DNA of 24,690 bases, from the IMG/VR virus record IMGVR_UViG_3300036987_000401, positions 1-24,690 of that record; one strand, given 5' to 3'. The first letter of the stretch is position 1, and each line of letters starts with the position of its first letter. Both the position numbers and the translations under genes were made by a program. Shown in pieces: positions 7,508-15,020 of the stretch. A model generated the notes under the pieces. It made no database searches. It was not told the DNA's origin and saw only the letters and a list, made by a program, of their open reading frames with translations. This stretch comes from a virus. Its lineage: Duplodnaviria; Caudoviricetes.

Positions 7508-9031
7508 ATGGCCGACCAAAAAAAAGGTATCTGGATAACCGAGCGGGATTTTCGCGCTGTTTCCGCACCGAAACTTGACCAAGTCAAGGAAATAGCCACG
7601 CGCCAACGAGCCGGGGAAGCAATCGGGTTCGGAATGTATCTGCCCAACCCCGATCAAATCTTGCGAAACCTCGGGCTCGAAATTTCCGCGTATCGCGCGT
7701 TGTTGCCGGATTCGCATGTCGGGGCGTGCATCGTAAGCCGCAAATCCGGCGTGAAGTGCCTCAACTGGAGTATCGACCGCGACAAATCCCCGAGCGAGCC
7801 CGCCAAATTCATCGAGTCCGTTTTCAAGGATCTCGATATCGAGCGCATAACCGGTGAAATTCTCAATGCGCCGTTGTTCGGGTATAGCGTTCTCGAAATC
7901 ATGTGGGAGCAGAAAAACGGGAAAATCTATCCCGTGGATATCGTTGGCAAGCCTCCCGAGTGGTTTTTGTTCGACACCGAGAATTCCCTTCGGTTCAAAT
8001 CCGTTACGAATATTCTTGGTGAGCCGCTTCCCCCGATGAAATTCCTGCTCGCGTCCCATGAAGCCGATTACCAGAACCCCTACGGGTTCGCGCTTCTCAG
8101 CCGTTGTTTCTGGCCAGTCACTTTCAAAAAAGGCGGCTGGAAGTTTTGGGTGAAATTCGTGGAAAAATACGGCGGGGCCTTCGCAATCGGCAAGCATCCC
8201 CGAGGTGCCCAAGAGGAAGAAATCGAAGCTCTGGCGGACACCCTCAATGCGATGATTCAAAGCGCCGTGGCCGTCATTCCTGACGACGCTTCGGTCCAGA
8301 TAACCGAATCCGCAGGGAAAACGGCGTCAGGGGATCTGTATGAACGACTGATTAAAGCCGGCGAAGATGACATTTCCAAAGCCCTCGTCGGGCAAACCCT
8401 CACGACCCAAGTCGGCACAACAGGCAGCTACGCGGCTTCCAACACCCACATGCAGGTGCGGGCCGATATCGTCGATGCCGATAAAAAGCTGGTGTGCTCG
8501 GTTTACAATACGCTCGTTCGCTGGATCTACGAGCTGAATTTCGGGGGCAACGAACGGCCGGTTTTTTCCCTGTGGGCTGATGAAGATGTCGATCTCCCCC
8601 AGGCCGAACGCGATGCGAAGCTTGCGCAAACCCAGCAGATCAGATTCCGCAAGCCTTACTGGACCCGCACCTACGGGTTCAAAGAAGACGAAATCGACGA
8701 AGTCGAGCCGAATACCGGGCAACCAAGCGCCTTTTCGGAGAGCGTGAATATCAAATTGCCCGAAATCGTTTCTGATTCAGGGGCAGCGGCACAAGAAGCG
8801 GTTGACGAGCTTATAAAAGCCATTCCGGCCGAGATGCTGCAGGGGCAAGCGGCGAAGATGCTCGAACCGGTTATCGACATGATTAAAAACGGGGAAAGCA
8901 TCGAGCAGACCATTGAAGCTCTCGCGGACCTGTACCCGAAAATGAATACCGACGACCTGGTCGATACCCTGCACCGCCTCATTTTCGTCACCGAACTGTG
9001 GGGCAAGATCAGCGGTCAAAGGCCGGTGTGA
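7508..9031 (+). CDS. Portal protein (Mu gp29/H-like, DUF935)
   Basis: LPNPDQIL, APLFGYSVLEIMW, NPYGFALL..CFWP, FVEKYG and ISKALVGQTLTT..GSYA...H..VR motifs. Confidence 0.95.
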   Translation: MADQKKGIWITERDFRAVSAPKLDQVKEIATRQRAGEAIGFGMYLPNPDQILRNLGLEISAYRALLPDSHVGACIVSRKSGVKCLNWSIDRDKSPSEPAKFIESVFKDLDIERITGEILNAPLFGYSVLEIMWEQKNGKIYPVDIVGKPPEWFLFDTENSLRFKSVTNILGEPLPPMKFLLASHEADYQNPYGFALLSRCFWPVTFKKGGWKFWVKFVEKYGGAFAIGKHPRGAQEEEIEALADTLNAMIQSAVAVIPDDASVQITESAGKTASGDLYERLIKAGEDDISKALVGQTLTTQVGTTGSYAASNTHMQVRADIVDADKKLVCSVYNTLVRWIYELNFGGNERPVFSLWADEDVDLPQAERDAKLAQTQQIRFRKPYWTRTYGFKEDEIDEVEPNTGQPSAFSESVNIKLPEIVSDSGAAAQEAVDELIKAIPAEMLQGQAAKMLEPVIDMIKNGESIEQTIEALADLYPKMNTDDLVDTLHRLIFVTELWGKISGQRPV

Positions 9032-9032
9032 C

Positions 9033-10283
9033 ATGGCAAACAGCATCCTGATCGATGCCTTCAAATTGGCCCCGGCCGATGCCGTCAAATATTTCGAAAG
9101 CAAGGGCTATAAGATCACCGGCTCTTACGACGAAATGGACGCCCGGGCGCATGCCACCGCCTTTACCGTTGCGGGCGTGGCCAAAATGGACATCCTGCAG
9201 GACATGAAAGGCCTCCTGGATAAAACCCTCAAGGAGGGCATGACGCAGAAAGAGTTTGCCGACACGATCACCCCGGCCCTGATCAAGAAAGGCTGGTGGG
9301 GCTCAAAGAAAATCGAGACCCCCGAAGGCGACATCGTTCAACAAATGGGCTCACCGTGGCGTTTAAAGACGATCTATCAAACCAACATCCTGACCGCCTA
9401 CAGCGTCGGGCGCTATAAGCGCCAAATCGAAAATGCGGAAAGCGCGCCGTTTTGGCGGTATATGGCCGTCATGGACGGTTCGACCAGGCCGGCCCACCAA
9501 AAGCTACACAACCTCGTCTTTCGTTATGATGACCCGTTCTGGAACGTCTTTTACCCGCCGAATGGGTATAATTGCCGTTGTTCGGTCCAGGCGCTCACGG
9601 AATCCGCGCTGGAAAGAAAGAAGCTCGACGTCAGCCAATCAGACGGCAACCTGAGCGGGTCAGGGTTTATCGACCCCAAAACCAATACTCTGGTAACCCC
9701 ATCGGAGGGTTGGGACCACAACCCCGGCCAAACCGCCTACGCCATTGATGAAGTCGGGGCCGAAACCGCCGCCGCCGCGCCCTCTGACCTCAGAACCGCG
9801 TTTATCGACGAAATGACCGCCTCGATTGAAAAAGGCGAGGCCTTTTCCGCCTGGATCGATCAGGTTGCCCTCACCGACAAACCTACCGGGGAAACCCGCA
9901 TCGTCAGTTGGATCACTTCGGAAATCGAAAACAAGCTTTTCAAGTTGGGCAATCCCCCGGCAAGCCCGATCATTGTCACCAGCGACCGCAACATTGCCCA
10001 TGCCCTGCGCGACGAGAAACAAGCTGCGGGCAAAGCGCTTTCGGTCGATGAGGTGAAGAGCATTCCGCAAGCGATCGGCCGCTCCGAAGAAGTGTATTAC
10101 GACGAGCAAAGCCCGGCCCTCTTGTATGTTTTCGACAGCTCGGACCAAAAGAAAAACAAAGTCGTTGTTCGAGTCAACTACAACCCGAAAACCAAGAAAA
10201 AGGCCCCGGTGAACTGGCTGATCACCGCCGGAAAAGTGTTGCCCTCAAATCTCAAAGACCCTCGTTACAAGAGGCTGAAATGA
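9033..10283 (+). CDS. Minor head protein MuF (gp30) with a C-terminal extension resembling a BECR-fold (PBECR-type) ribonuclease
   Basis: AFTVAGV, RLKTIYQTN, D..TRPAH and YPPNGYNCRC MuF motifs; extra ~150 aa (IAHALRD...IPQAI..SEEVYYD...LLYVF...KVVVRV...WLITAG). MuF call strong; nuclease call is inference. Confidence 0.85.
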   Translation: MANSILIDAFKLAPADAVKYFESKGYKITGSYDEMDARAHATAFTVAGVAKMDILQDMKGLLDKTLKEGMTQKEFADTITPALIKKGWWGSKKIETPEGDIVQQMGSPWRLKTIYQTNILTAYSVGRYKRQIENAESAPFWRYMAVMDGSTRPAHQKLHNLVFRYDDPFWNVFYPPNGYNCRCSVQALTESALERKKLDVSQSDGNLSGSGFIDPKTNTLVTPSEGWDHNPGQTAYAIDEVGAETAAAAPSDLRTAFIDEMTASIEKGEAFSAWIDQVALTDKPTGETRIVSWITSEIENKLFKLGNPPASPIIVTSDRNIAHALRDEKQAAGKALSVDEVKSIPQAIGRSEEVYYDEQSPALLYVFDSSDQKKNKVVVRVNYNPKTKKKAPVNWLITAGKVLPSNLKDPRYKRLK

Positions 10284-10286
10284 GTA

Positions 10287-10379
10287 AGGACCCGGAGGGG
10301 CGCCTTATTATGCCCTCATGGGGCTGGCCTTTGCAGGCAAGTCCAATTGGCCTAGGCATTTCCAATTGTCGGGTCCTCG
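10287..10379 (-). ncRNA. Putative structured four-way-junction (tRNA-shaped) small RNA
   Basis: 8-bp closing stem 10287-10294/10370-10377 enclosing three hairpins; GCAA tetraloop; loop-loop complementarity; starts right after a consensus promoter. Confidence 0.65.
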
Positions 10380-10385
10380 TTCAAA

Positions 10386-10414
10386 AAGGTAACCCCAAAC
10401 CCCGGTTCTGTCAA
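10386..10414 (-). promoter_or_regulatory. Sigma70-type promoter antisense to the packaging operon
   Basis: TTGACA (10414-10409), 17 bp, TACCTT (10391-10386). Confidence 0.75.
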
Positions 10415-10434
10415 ATGTCGCCAAGGAAACACAC

Positions 10435-11013
10435 ATGAAGGAAGACGGCTCTTTTTACGTCGATGACACCGGGCTCGAGCTGCTTCTCAGCGAGCTGAAA
10501 GCCAAGTTAAAAGACATGACGCCGGTCATGAAGGCTATCGGCGGCATCGTCGAAGCCTCGGTCCAGGAAAACTTTGAAGTTGGGGGGCGCTGGTCGGGTG
10601 TTATCGGGAGTTTTCTCGGGGGTTCGCAAAAATGGGCCCCTCTTGCCGAGCAAACCATGAAGCGAAAGCAAGAAGCCAATAAAACAAAAACGCTGATCTG
10701 GTCCAGCGCTTTGATGAATTCCATTTCTTCCGAGGCCGGTCCCGATTCCGTAAAGATCGGCACCAACGTGCCATACGCGGCAACCCATCAATTCGGGGCG
10801 GCCAAGGGCGATTTCGGTGACATGGTTCAAGTCTGGGTCAAAGCCCACGTGCGAAAAACCAAGAAGTATGGCGAAGTCGAGGTTGACGAGCACATTCGCA
10901 CCATGTCGCTCCCGTGGGGCAACATCCCGGCCAGGCCGTTCCTCGTCATTCAGGAAGAGGATTTCCTCGACATCAGCAAAAAGATCCTCGACTACCTGGT
11001 GAAAGCCCAGTAA
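10435..11013 (+). CDS. Virion morphogenesis protein (Mu gpG/gp31-like)
   Basis: WAPLA..T, L..SI, IGTNVPYAATHQFG and IPARPFL motifs. Confidence 0.92.
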   Translation: MKEDGSFYVDDTGLELLLSELKAKLKDMTPVMKAIGGIVEASVQENFEVGGRWSGVIGSFLGGSQKWAPLAEQTMKRKQEANKTKTLIWSSALMNSISSEAGPDSVKIGTNVPYAATHQFGAAKGDFGDMVQVWVKAHVRKTKKYGEVEVDEHIRTMSLPWGNIPARPFLVIQEEDFLDISKKILDYLVKAQ

Positions 11014-11033
11014 CCGCTATCCATCGGCATTTC

Positions 11034-11057
11034 GATAAATTCATTTTTGATTTTATC
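11034..11057. repeat. 24-bp palindrome copy 2 (GATAAATTCA-TTTT-TGATTTTATC)
   Basis: Read directly; 20 bp after the gpG stop. Confidence 0.8.
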
Positions 11058-11142
11058 TTTTTCACAGGAGGTGATGTGTATGCCGTCCGCCCAGTAATGG
11101 ACGTATTCTTCAGCACAACAAACGCAACGATTTACTCCTTAC

Positions 11143-11175
11143 AACCGAGGTCGGGAAACCGGCCTCGGTTTATCT
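11143..11175 (+). terminator. Hairpin, probable terminator of plus-strand transcription
   Basis: AACCGAGGTCGG-GAAA-CCGGCCTCGGTT (12 bp, one G-U); weak U tract. Confidence 0.6.
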
Positions 11176-11184
11176 TCAAAAAAA

Positions 11185-11208
11185 GATAAATTCAATTTTG
11201 AATTTACC
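11185..11208. repeat. 24-bp palindrome copy 3 (GATAAATTCA-ATTT-TGAATTTACC)
   Basis: Read directly; lies between two convergent terminators. Confidence 0.8.
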
Positions 11209-11233
11209 AAAACGATGATCAAATCACGGCTAG

Positions 11234-11263
11234 AAAAAAAAAGCCCCCGGGGTTGCCCGGGGG
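11234..11263 (-). terminator. Rho-independent terminator of the early/accessory operon
   Basis: Minus strand CCCCCGGG-CAAC-CCCGGGGG, then C and T9. Confidence 0.85.
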
Positions 11264-11340
11264 AAAGTGAGAGGATCTTTTGAGAGGATGCTTGATTATG
11301 TTTCAAAGATGGGCATTTCGTCAACCATGATCAAAAATTT

Positions 11341-11475
11341 TCAGGCCTGAAACGCCCGCATGATGTTTCTGGCTACGTTCTCATCTTCGAACTTTCCGAT
11401 CAGGATGTGGCCCTCGTAAAGCCCCCAGGGAAACTTCGGATCGTCGATTTTCCGCACGCAATATTCCGGTTTCAT
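11341..11475 (-). CDS. Small hypothetical protein (44 aa)
   Basis: ATGA overlap with the upstream gene and SD AAGGAG; MKPEYCVRK... Confidence 0.6.
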   Translation of the reverse strand: MKPEYCVRKIDDPKFPWGLYEGHILIGKFEDENVARNIMRAFQA

Positions 11476-11897
11476 GCGTCTGCTCCTTGTTTTGTCGTTT
11501 CCATAAGCGGGGCAAGCAGCGATATTTCTTGGTTGTTCTTGATGAGATGCCGCTTTAAGGCCGTGAAGCTTTTCCAGCAAAAGCTGTATGTGTATCTCGG
11601 TTCGGCCTGGGTGGTTCGATTCAATTCATTCACTATCTTTTTTTGCCCCCGGGTCATTCCCTTTTTTACATGGAAAAGAGGCCCAATGCGGCGCGGCTGC
11701 ATGAACCGGCGGCGCTCTTCACAATCATTCATCAGGAACTTTCCCTCAATCATCCCGTTGACGTAGATCACGATTTCCAGGCGGTATTTGTTTCGGTGCA
11801 GCAACAACGCGATCTCAAACCCGTCGGCTTTCAGCTTCACAGGAAAATACAGGCAATCAAGCCGGGCTTCAACAAACTCCCATTCTTCTTTTGTCAT
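11472..11897 (-). CDS. Hypothetical protein typical of Mu-like early regions
   Basis: MTKEEW...VKLKADGFEI...W.SF.ALKRHLIKNN..I.L; start set at the ATGA overlap at 11897. Confidence 0.75.
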   Translation of the reverse strand: MTKEEWEFVEARLDCLYFPVKLKADGFEIALLLHRNKYRLEIVIYVNGMIEGKFLMNDCEERRRFMQPRRIGPLFHVKKGMTRGQKKIVNELNRTTQAEPRYTYSFCWKSFTALKRHLIKNNQEISLLAPLMETTKQGADA

Positions 11898-12154
11898 GGC
11901 TTTTTCTCGCTTTCTTTCAGCTTTAAAATGATCCGGCCGAGTTCTATTTGCGAAACATCTTTGGCCCCCAACGATACGGCCAGCGCGGCTTTCGAGAGGC
12001 ACACGTCGTAATGGGGAAAACTCTTTTCCTGAAACCACCGACGGTTTACGCCGATCTTTTCAGCCATCTGATGCAGCTCTTCAACCGTATCAGCGACCAT
12101 GTGACACAGAATCATCCGCCCGAATTTCCGAGCCATATTATCCAGGTAAACCAT
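11894..12154 (-). CDS. DUF4031-family protein
   Basis: MVYLD, CHMVADTVEELHQMAEKIG..RRWFQ and PHYDV motifs; ATG at 12154. Confidence 0.85.
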   Translation of the reverse strand: MVYLDNMARKFGRMILCHMVADTVEELHQMAEKIGVNRRWFQEKSFPHYDVCLSKAALAVSLGAKDVSQIELGRIILKLKESEKKP

Positions 12155-12158
12155 CCCG

Positions 12159-12713
12159 TCACTTCCTTTCAAAGACGCTGAAGGCGCGGGTGCGGTTGCC
12201 GTTGCCGACGTAGACGTTGACAATGGCAATCTGCTCGAAATGTTTCTTGGGAAAGCGAGGCAGCATGTAGTGCAGAATTCCGATTTTTCCGCCCGAAACG
12301 AGGGCATCTACCGCGAGGTCCAAGAGCTCTTCGGGTGTGGGGTAGACGATCGCTCCGACTTTGTATTTTGCGGCCTCCTCTTCGCTGTAAGGCGGGTCAC
12401 AGAGGATTGTCCTCCAAAGCATGGCGGTGAATAAGCAAGGCCAGGGTTTGCGCGCATCCTGACAAAAGTCCGGGGCCAGATCGCCGTCAAGGTCGAGCGT
12501 GCGGTCATTCGGGCCAAACCCCCAAAACGGGTAGAGACGCGCTTTGCCGCCGCATACATGCAACATCGGCTCGTCGAGCCGGCAGCCCAACAAGCGCCGG
12601 GCCCGGCCCAGAAAACCCGCCGGATACGCCCCGTAATAGGTTTCCCCGCCCTTTAATTTGGGCCTGGCCAAAAGCCAGGTGTCGGTAAACGGTCTGTACT
12701 TCCATGCTGACAT
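12159..12713 (-). CDS. Small DNA N6-adenine/N4-cytosine methyltransferase-like protein
   Basis: Motif I-like LHVCGG, acidic TLDLD and catalytic motif IV DPPY; ATG at 12713 after AGGAG. Confidence 0.75.
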   Translation of the reverse strand: MSAWKYRPFTDTWLLARPKLKGGETYYGAYPAGFLGRARRLLGCRLDEPMLHVCGGKARLYPFWGFGPNDRTLDLDGDLAPDFCQDARKPWPCLFTAMLWRTILCDPPYSEEEAAKYKVGAIVYPTPEELLDLAVDALVSGGKIGILHYMLPRFPKKHFEQIAIVNVYVGNGNRTRAFSVFERK

Positions 12714-12717
12714 GTCG

Positions 12718-13038
12718 TTATTCTCCTGAGCTCTTTGTTTCTGCGTTCCAATCTTTTCCTTTGGCCATATCGATGCCGATGAAAGTACAGGGGCAGGGAC
12801 AGAGAAAGCCGATGACACAGTAGTCGGCAGGGACCCCGAAAGAACCGCCCGGAAGAATATAGGAAATGGTCCGAAGAATTTTGCGACCGGTAAATTCACC
12901 GGTAAGCGGGCTAAACTCAGCAAGTTCAAGGATATCGCCGGGTTGAAAAGAGCGATCCATTTTCCGGAATTCGAAGTTTTTAACGCCGTCACGCATGTGA
13001 TTAAAATAAGTTGGCCAGGTTTTCAAAATATGCTTCAT
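12718..13038 (-). CDS. ASCH/PUA-like domain protein (DUF3850)
   Basis: H.LKTWP.YF....G.KNFEFR..DR.FQ.GD.L.L.E....TGR motif. Confidence 0.85.
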   Translation of the reverse strand: MKHILKTWPTYFNHMRDGVKNFEFRKMDRSFQPGDILELAEFSPLTGEFTGRKILRTISYILPGGSFGVPADYCVIGFLCPCPCTFIGIDMAKGKDWNAETKSSGE

Positions 13039-13044
13039 GGTCTC

Positions 13045-13245
13045 TCATCCCTTTTTGGTGGTATTTGCGAACCGGTTACAGGTGACGAAATGGGAGATTC
13101 TTGCCCAGATGACCTTGGGCGGATCGTCTTCGGTTTTTACCAGGGTCGGTTTGGCGTCAAACGGGTGCGGTTGCTTGTCTTTCGGGGTGTAACCCCAGAT
13201 GATATCTTTGCCGCATCGAGAGCACTTTTTGATGGTTTCGGCCAC
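13045..13245 (-). CDS. Small Zn-ribbon-like hypothetical protein
   Basis: CSRCG...SHFVTC; GTG start after AAGGGGG. Confidence 0.7.
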   Translation of the reverse strand: MAETIKKCSRCGKDIIWGYTPKDKQPHPFDAKPTLVKTEDDPPKVIWARISHFVTCNRFANTTKKG

Positions 13246-13259
13246 CGTCGGCCCCCTTT

Positions 13260-13412
13260 TCAGGTCGATTTTTTGTCAGGGTCCAGGGCATTCCAGGCTG
13301 TTTCGGCCGTCTTGATCTGTGCCGGGTCGCCGCTTAAAATGGCTTTAATGAACCTATTGCACACCGCGAAAACGACGGCTTCACGACCAGGTTCGGTTTT
13401 TTCCAGTTCCAT
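13260..13412 (-). CDS. Small hypothetical protein (50 aa; below the ORF-track cutoff)
   Basis: MELEKTEPGREAVVFAVCNRFIKAILSGDPAQIKTAETAWNALDPDKKST fills the operon gap. Confidence 0.55.
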   Translation of the reverse strand: MELEKTEPGREAVVFAVCNRFIKAILSGDPAQIKTAETAWNALDPDKKST

Positions 13413-13413
13413 A

Positions 13414-14157
13414 TCATTTCCCGTTCAAAAGCCGGATTTGACGTTGTTTTTCGGTCTCCAGATCCCTGTCTGCGATGACTTGCCGTTGCTTGTCAGTTTC
13501 ATGTTCTTGTCTTTTCGACGGCGGTTGCAAAGCACCTTTGCCGATGTTTTTGCCAAGTTCGGCCAGGTTGGCTTCGAGTCGGAGAGCTGCGGACGACTTT
13601 TTTTCCGGGCCCTGGGGAATGACGGGATCGCTCTTTCTTTCCAGTTTTTCGCGAATGCTGCGGACGGCTTCCCGGTTTTTGCGCCGTTCTTCCTCACTCA
13701 TGGGCTTGCTCATGTCGAGAACGGATTGCGGCGTTCGGGGCCGCTCCTCATCGTTATACGGGATCGGCGCCGGAACCATGTATTTCTTGGTCGGGTCGGC
13801 CATCTCGTAGGCGGTATGGCGCAGATAGTTATGGTTGCCCATTGCGGTTGGGTTACGTTTTAAAACGGCATCCAAAGCCGATGCCCACAACTCAGCATTC
13901 ATTCGGCGCGGCTCTTTTCCGTCCCAGCTGAGCGTATCGGTTTTGATGATTCCCGTCAGTTCGGTTAACAGACGTTCTACGCGCGGCCAGGCCAGCCCCT
14001 TGGCGCCGTTGCGAAACAGGGCCAGATACGGAATCAACCGCACTTGCACGATTTTCGGCAAACCGATCACCAGCGCCAAAGACTGACGGCAGGCTTTATC
14101 GTTCGTCCAGGCTTCGAGACTGGCGACCGCGCCGCAAGCCGGGCAGGAAAGCTTCAT
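13414..14157 (-). CDS. Mu-like phage hypothetical protein with N-terminal CxxC
   Basis: MKLSCPACGAVASLEA, YLALFR...LAW.R and NHNYL motifs; start moved to ATG 14157. Confidence 0.8.
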   Translation of the reverse strand: MKLSCPACGAVASLEAWTNDKACRQSLALVIGLPKIVQVRLIPYLALFRNGAKGLAWPRVERLLTELTGIIKTDTLSWDGKEPRRMNAELWASALDAVLKRNPTAMGNHNYLRHTAYEMADPTKKYMVPAPIPYNDEERPRTPQSVLDMSKPMSEEERRKNREAVRSIREKLERKSDPVIPQGPEKKSSAALRLEANLAELGKNIGKGALQPPSKRQEHETDKQRQVIADRDLETEKQRQIRLLNGK

Positions 14158-14158
14158 T

Positions 14159-14299
14159 TCAATGGCCCCGCTTTCCCGGGCATTTCCAGAAAGAGCCCGT
14201 GTGTTCCATTGCCAACGCAAGTTTCTTTTGAATTCTGGCGGGCAGGGCGGCCCGCTTTTGTTCCTTGGACGCTCGCTTATTACGTGGTTTTTTCGGCAT
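14159..14299 (-). CDS. Small basic hypothetical protein (46 aa)
   Basis: MPKKPRNKRASKEQKRAALPARIQKKLALAMEHTGSFWKCPGKRGH fills the operon gap. Confidence 0.4.
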   Translation of the reverse strand: MPKKPRNKRASKEQKRAALPARIQKKLALAMEHTGSFWKCPGKRGH

Positions 14300-14579
14300 G
14301 ATCGCCACCCCCGGCAATTAACCGCGGCCGCCCGCACAGCTCCGCCGCCTGATTCGCCAGGTCGACGTGCACCCTCAAGTAATTTCCGGCTTTTTCGGCA
14401 ATCGCCAAAAACCGCAACGCCGCGTCGGGATCGAAAGACAAAGCGTTTTTTGATGTCCGTTCGGCAATCATCTGAATGCCTTCCATGGCGGTTTTCAGTG
14501 CCGTCAAATGCACTTCTGCCAGCTCGCAATGGAACGTGTATTTCCCGATGGCTTCAAAGAATGAACTCATAGCTGTCAT
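14280..14579 (-). CDS. Hypothetical protein
   Basis: ATGA overlap with the mor stop; SD AAGGAGG. Confidence 0.7.
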   Translation of the reverse strand: MTAMSSFFEAIGKYTFHCELAEVHLTALKTAMEGIQMIAERTSKNALSFDPDAALRFLAIAEKAGNYLRVHVDLANQAAELCGRPRLIAGGGDHAEKTT

Positions 14580-14935
14580 GTTGATTTTTCCTCCTTTTCC
14601 TTATACAGGTTGTAAACTTGTCGCTCGCTGATGTTGAATTTGCGAGCAAGAATTTTTGCGTTAGAGCCATTAAAATCCCGCTTTACCAGACGGCCTAAAA
14701 TTTTATTCATCCAGCGTTTCGGTATAAAAAACTGCATTCCCGCGAATTCCTTCATCAGGAAAACCGTTTGTGCAAAGCCCATAACCGAAGCCAGTAGTTT
14801 CATATCTTCGTTCGGCAGGTCGGCCGGGGTAAATTCATCCAGGAGGGGCTTTAAATCTGTTACCACTGTGGTATTTGCATCGTTCGGAACCTCGCCTTCC
14901 TCCTTGGGGAAAAGGCTTAATTGCTTTCCGGTCAC
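14576..14935 (-). CDS. mor: Mor/C-family transcription activator
   Basis: LA..MG......L.KEFAG.QFFIP and DFNGSN...LARKFNISERQVYNL HTH. Confidence 0.9.
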   Translation of the reverse strand: MTGKQLSLFPKEEGEVPNDANTTVVTDLKPLLDEFTPADLPNEDMKLLASVMGFAQTVFLMKEFAGMQFFIPKRWMNKILGRLVKRDFNGSNAKILARKFNISERQVYNLYKEKEEKST

Positions 14936-15020
14936 TTGGCACCCTCCTTTAATTTGCCTGCATCATCAGCCCCGAAGCGGCACCCTCGGGAGACAGCGGC
15001 GCCGATCGCCGCCGTTTCGC

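Noticed and set aside
7376-8260. 294-aa minus-strand ORF and similar long antisense ORFs (12943-13863, 17791-18462)
   Set aside because: Lie opposite well-supported genes; typical GC codon-bias shadows
10287-10377. Canonical tRNA gene or simple terminator
   Set aside because: No TTCRA T-loop, 7-nt anticodon loop or CCA; no U tract directly after the stem; multi-arm fold. Kept as an unclassified ncRNA
11163-11172. CCTCGGTTTA resembling the core of the Mu gix site
   Set aside because: Explained as the hairpin's right arm; flanks do not match and there is no partner at the other junction
14158-14529. N-terminal 124 aa of the 371-aa ORF 13414-14529
   Set aside because: Overlaps two better-supported ORFs; the conserved-looking part starts at MKLSCPACG (14157)
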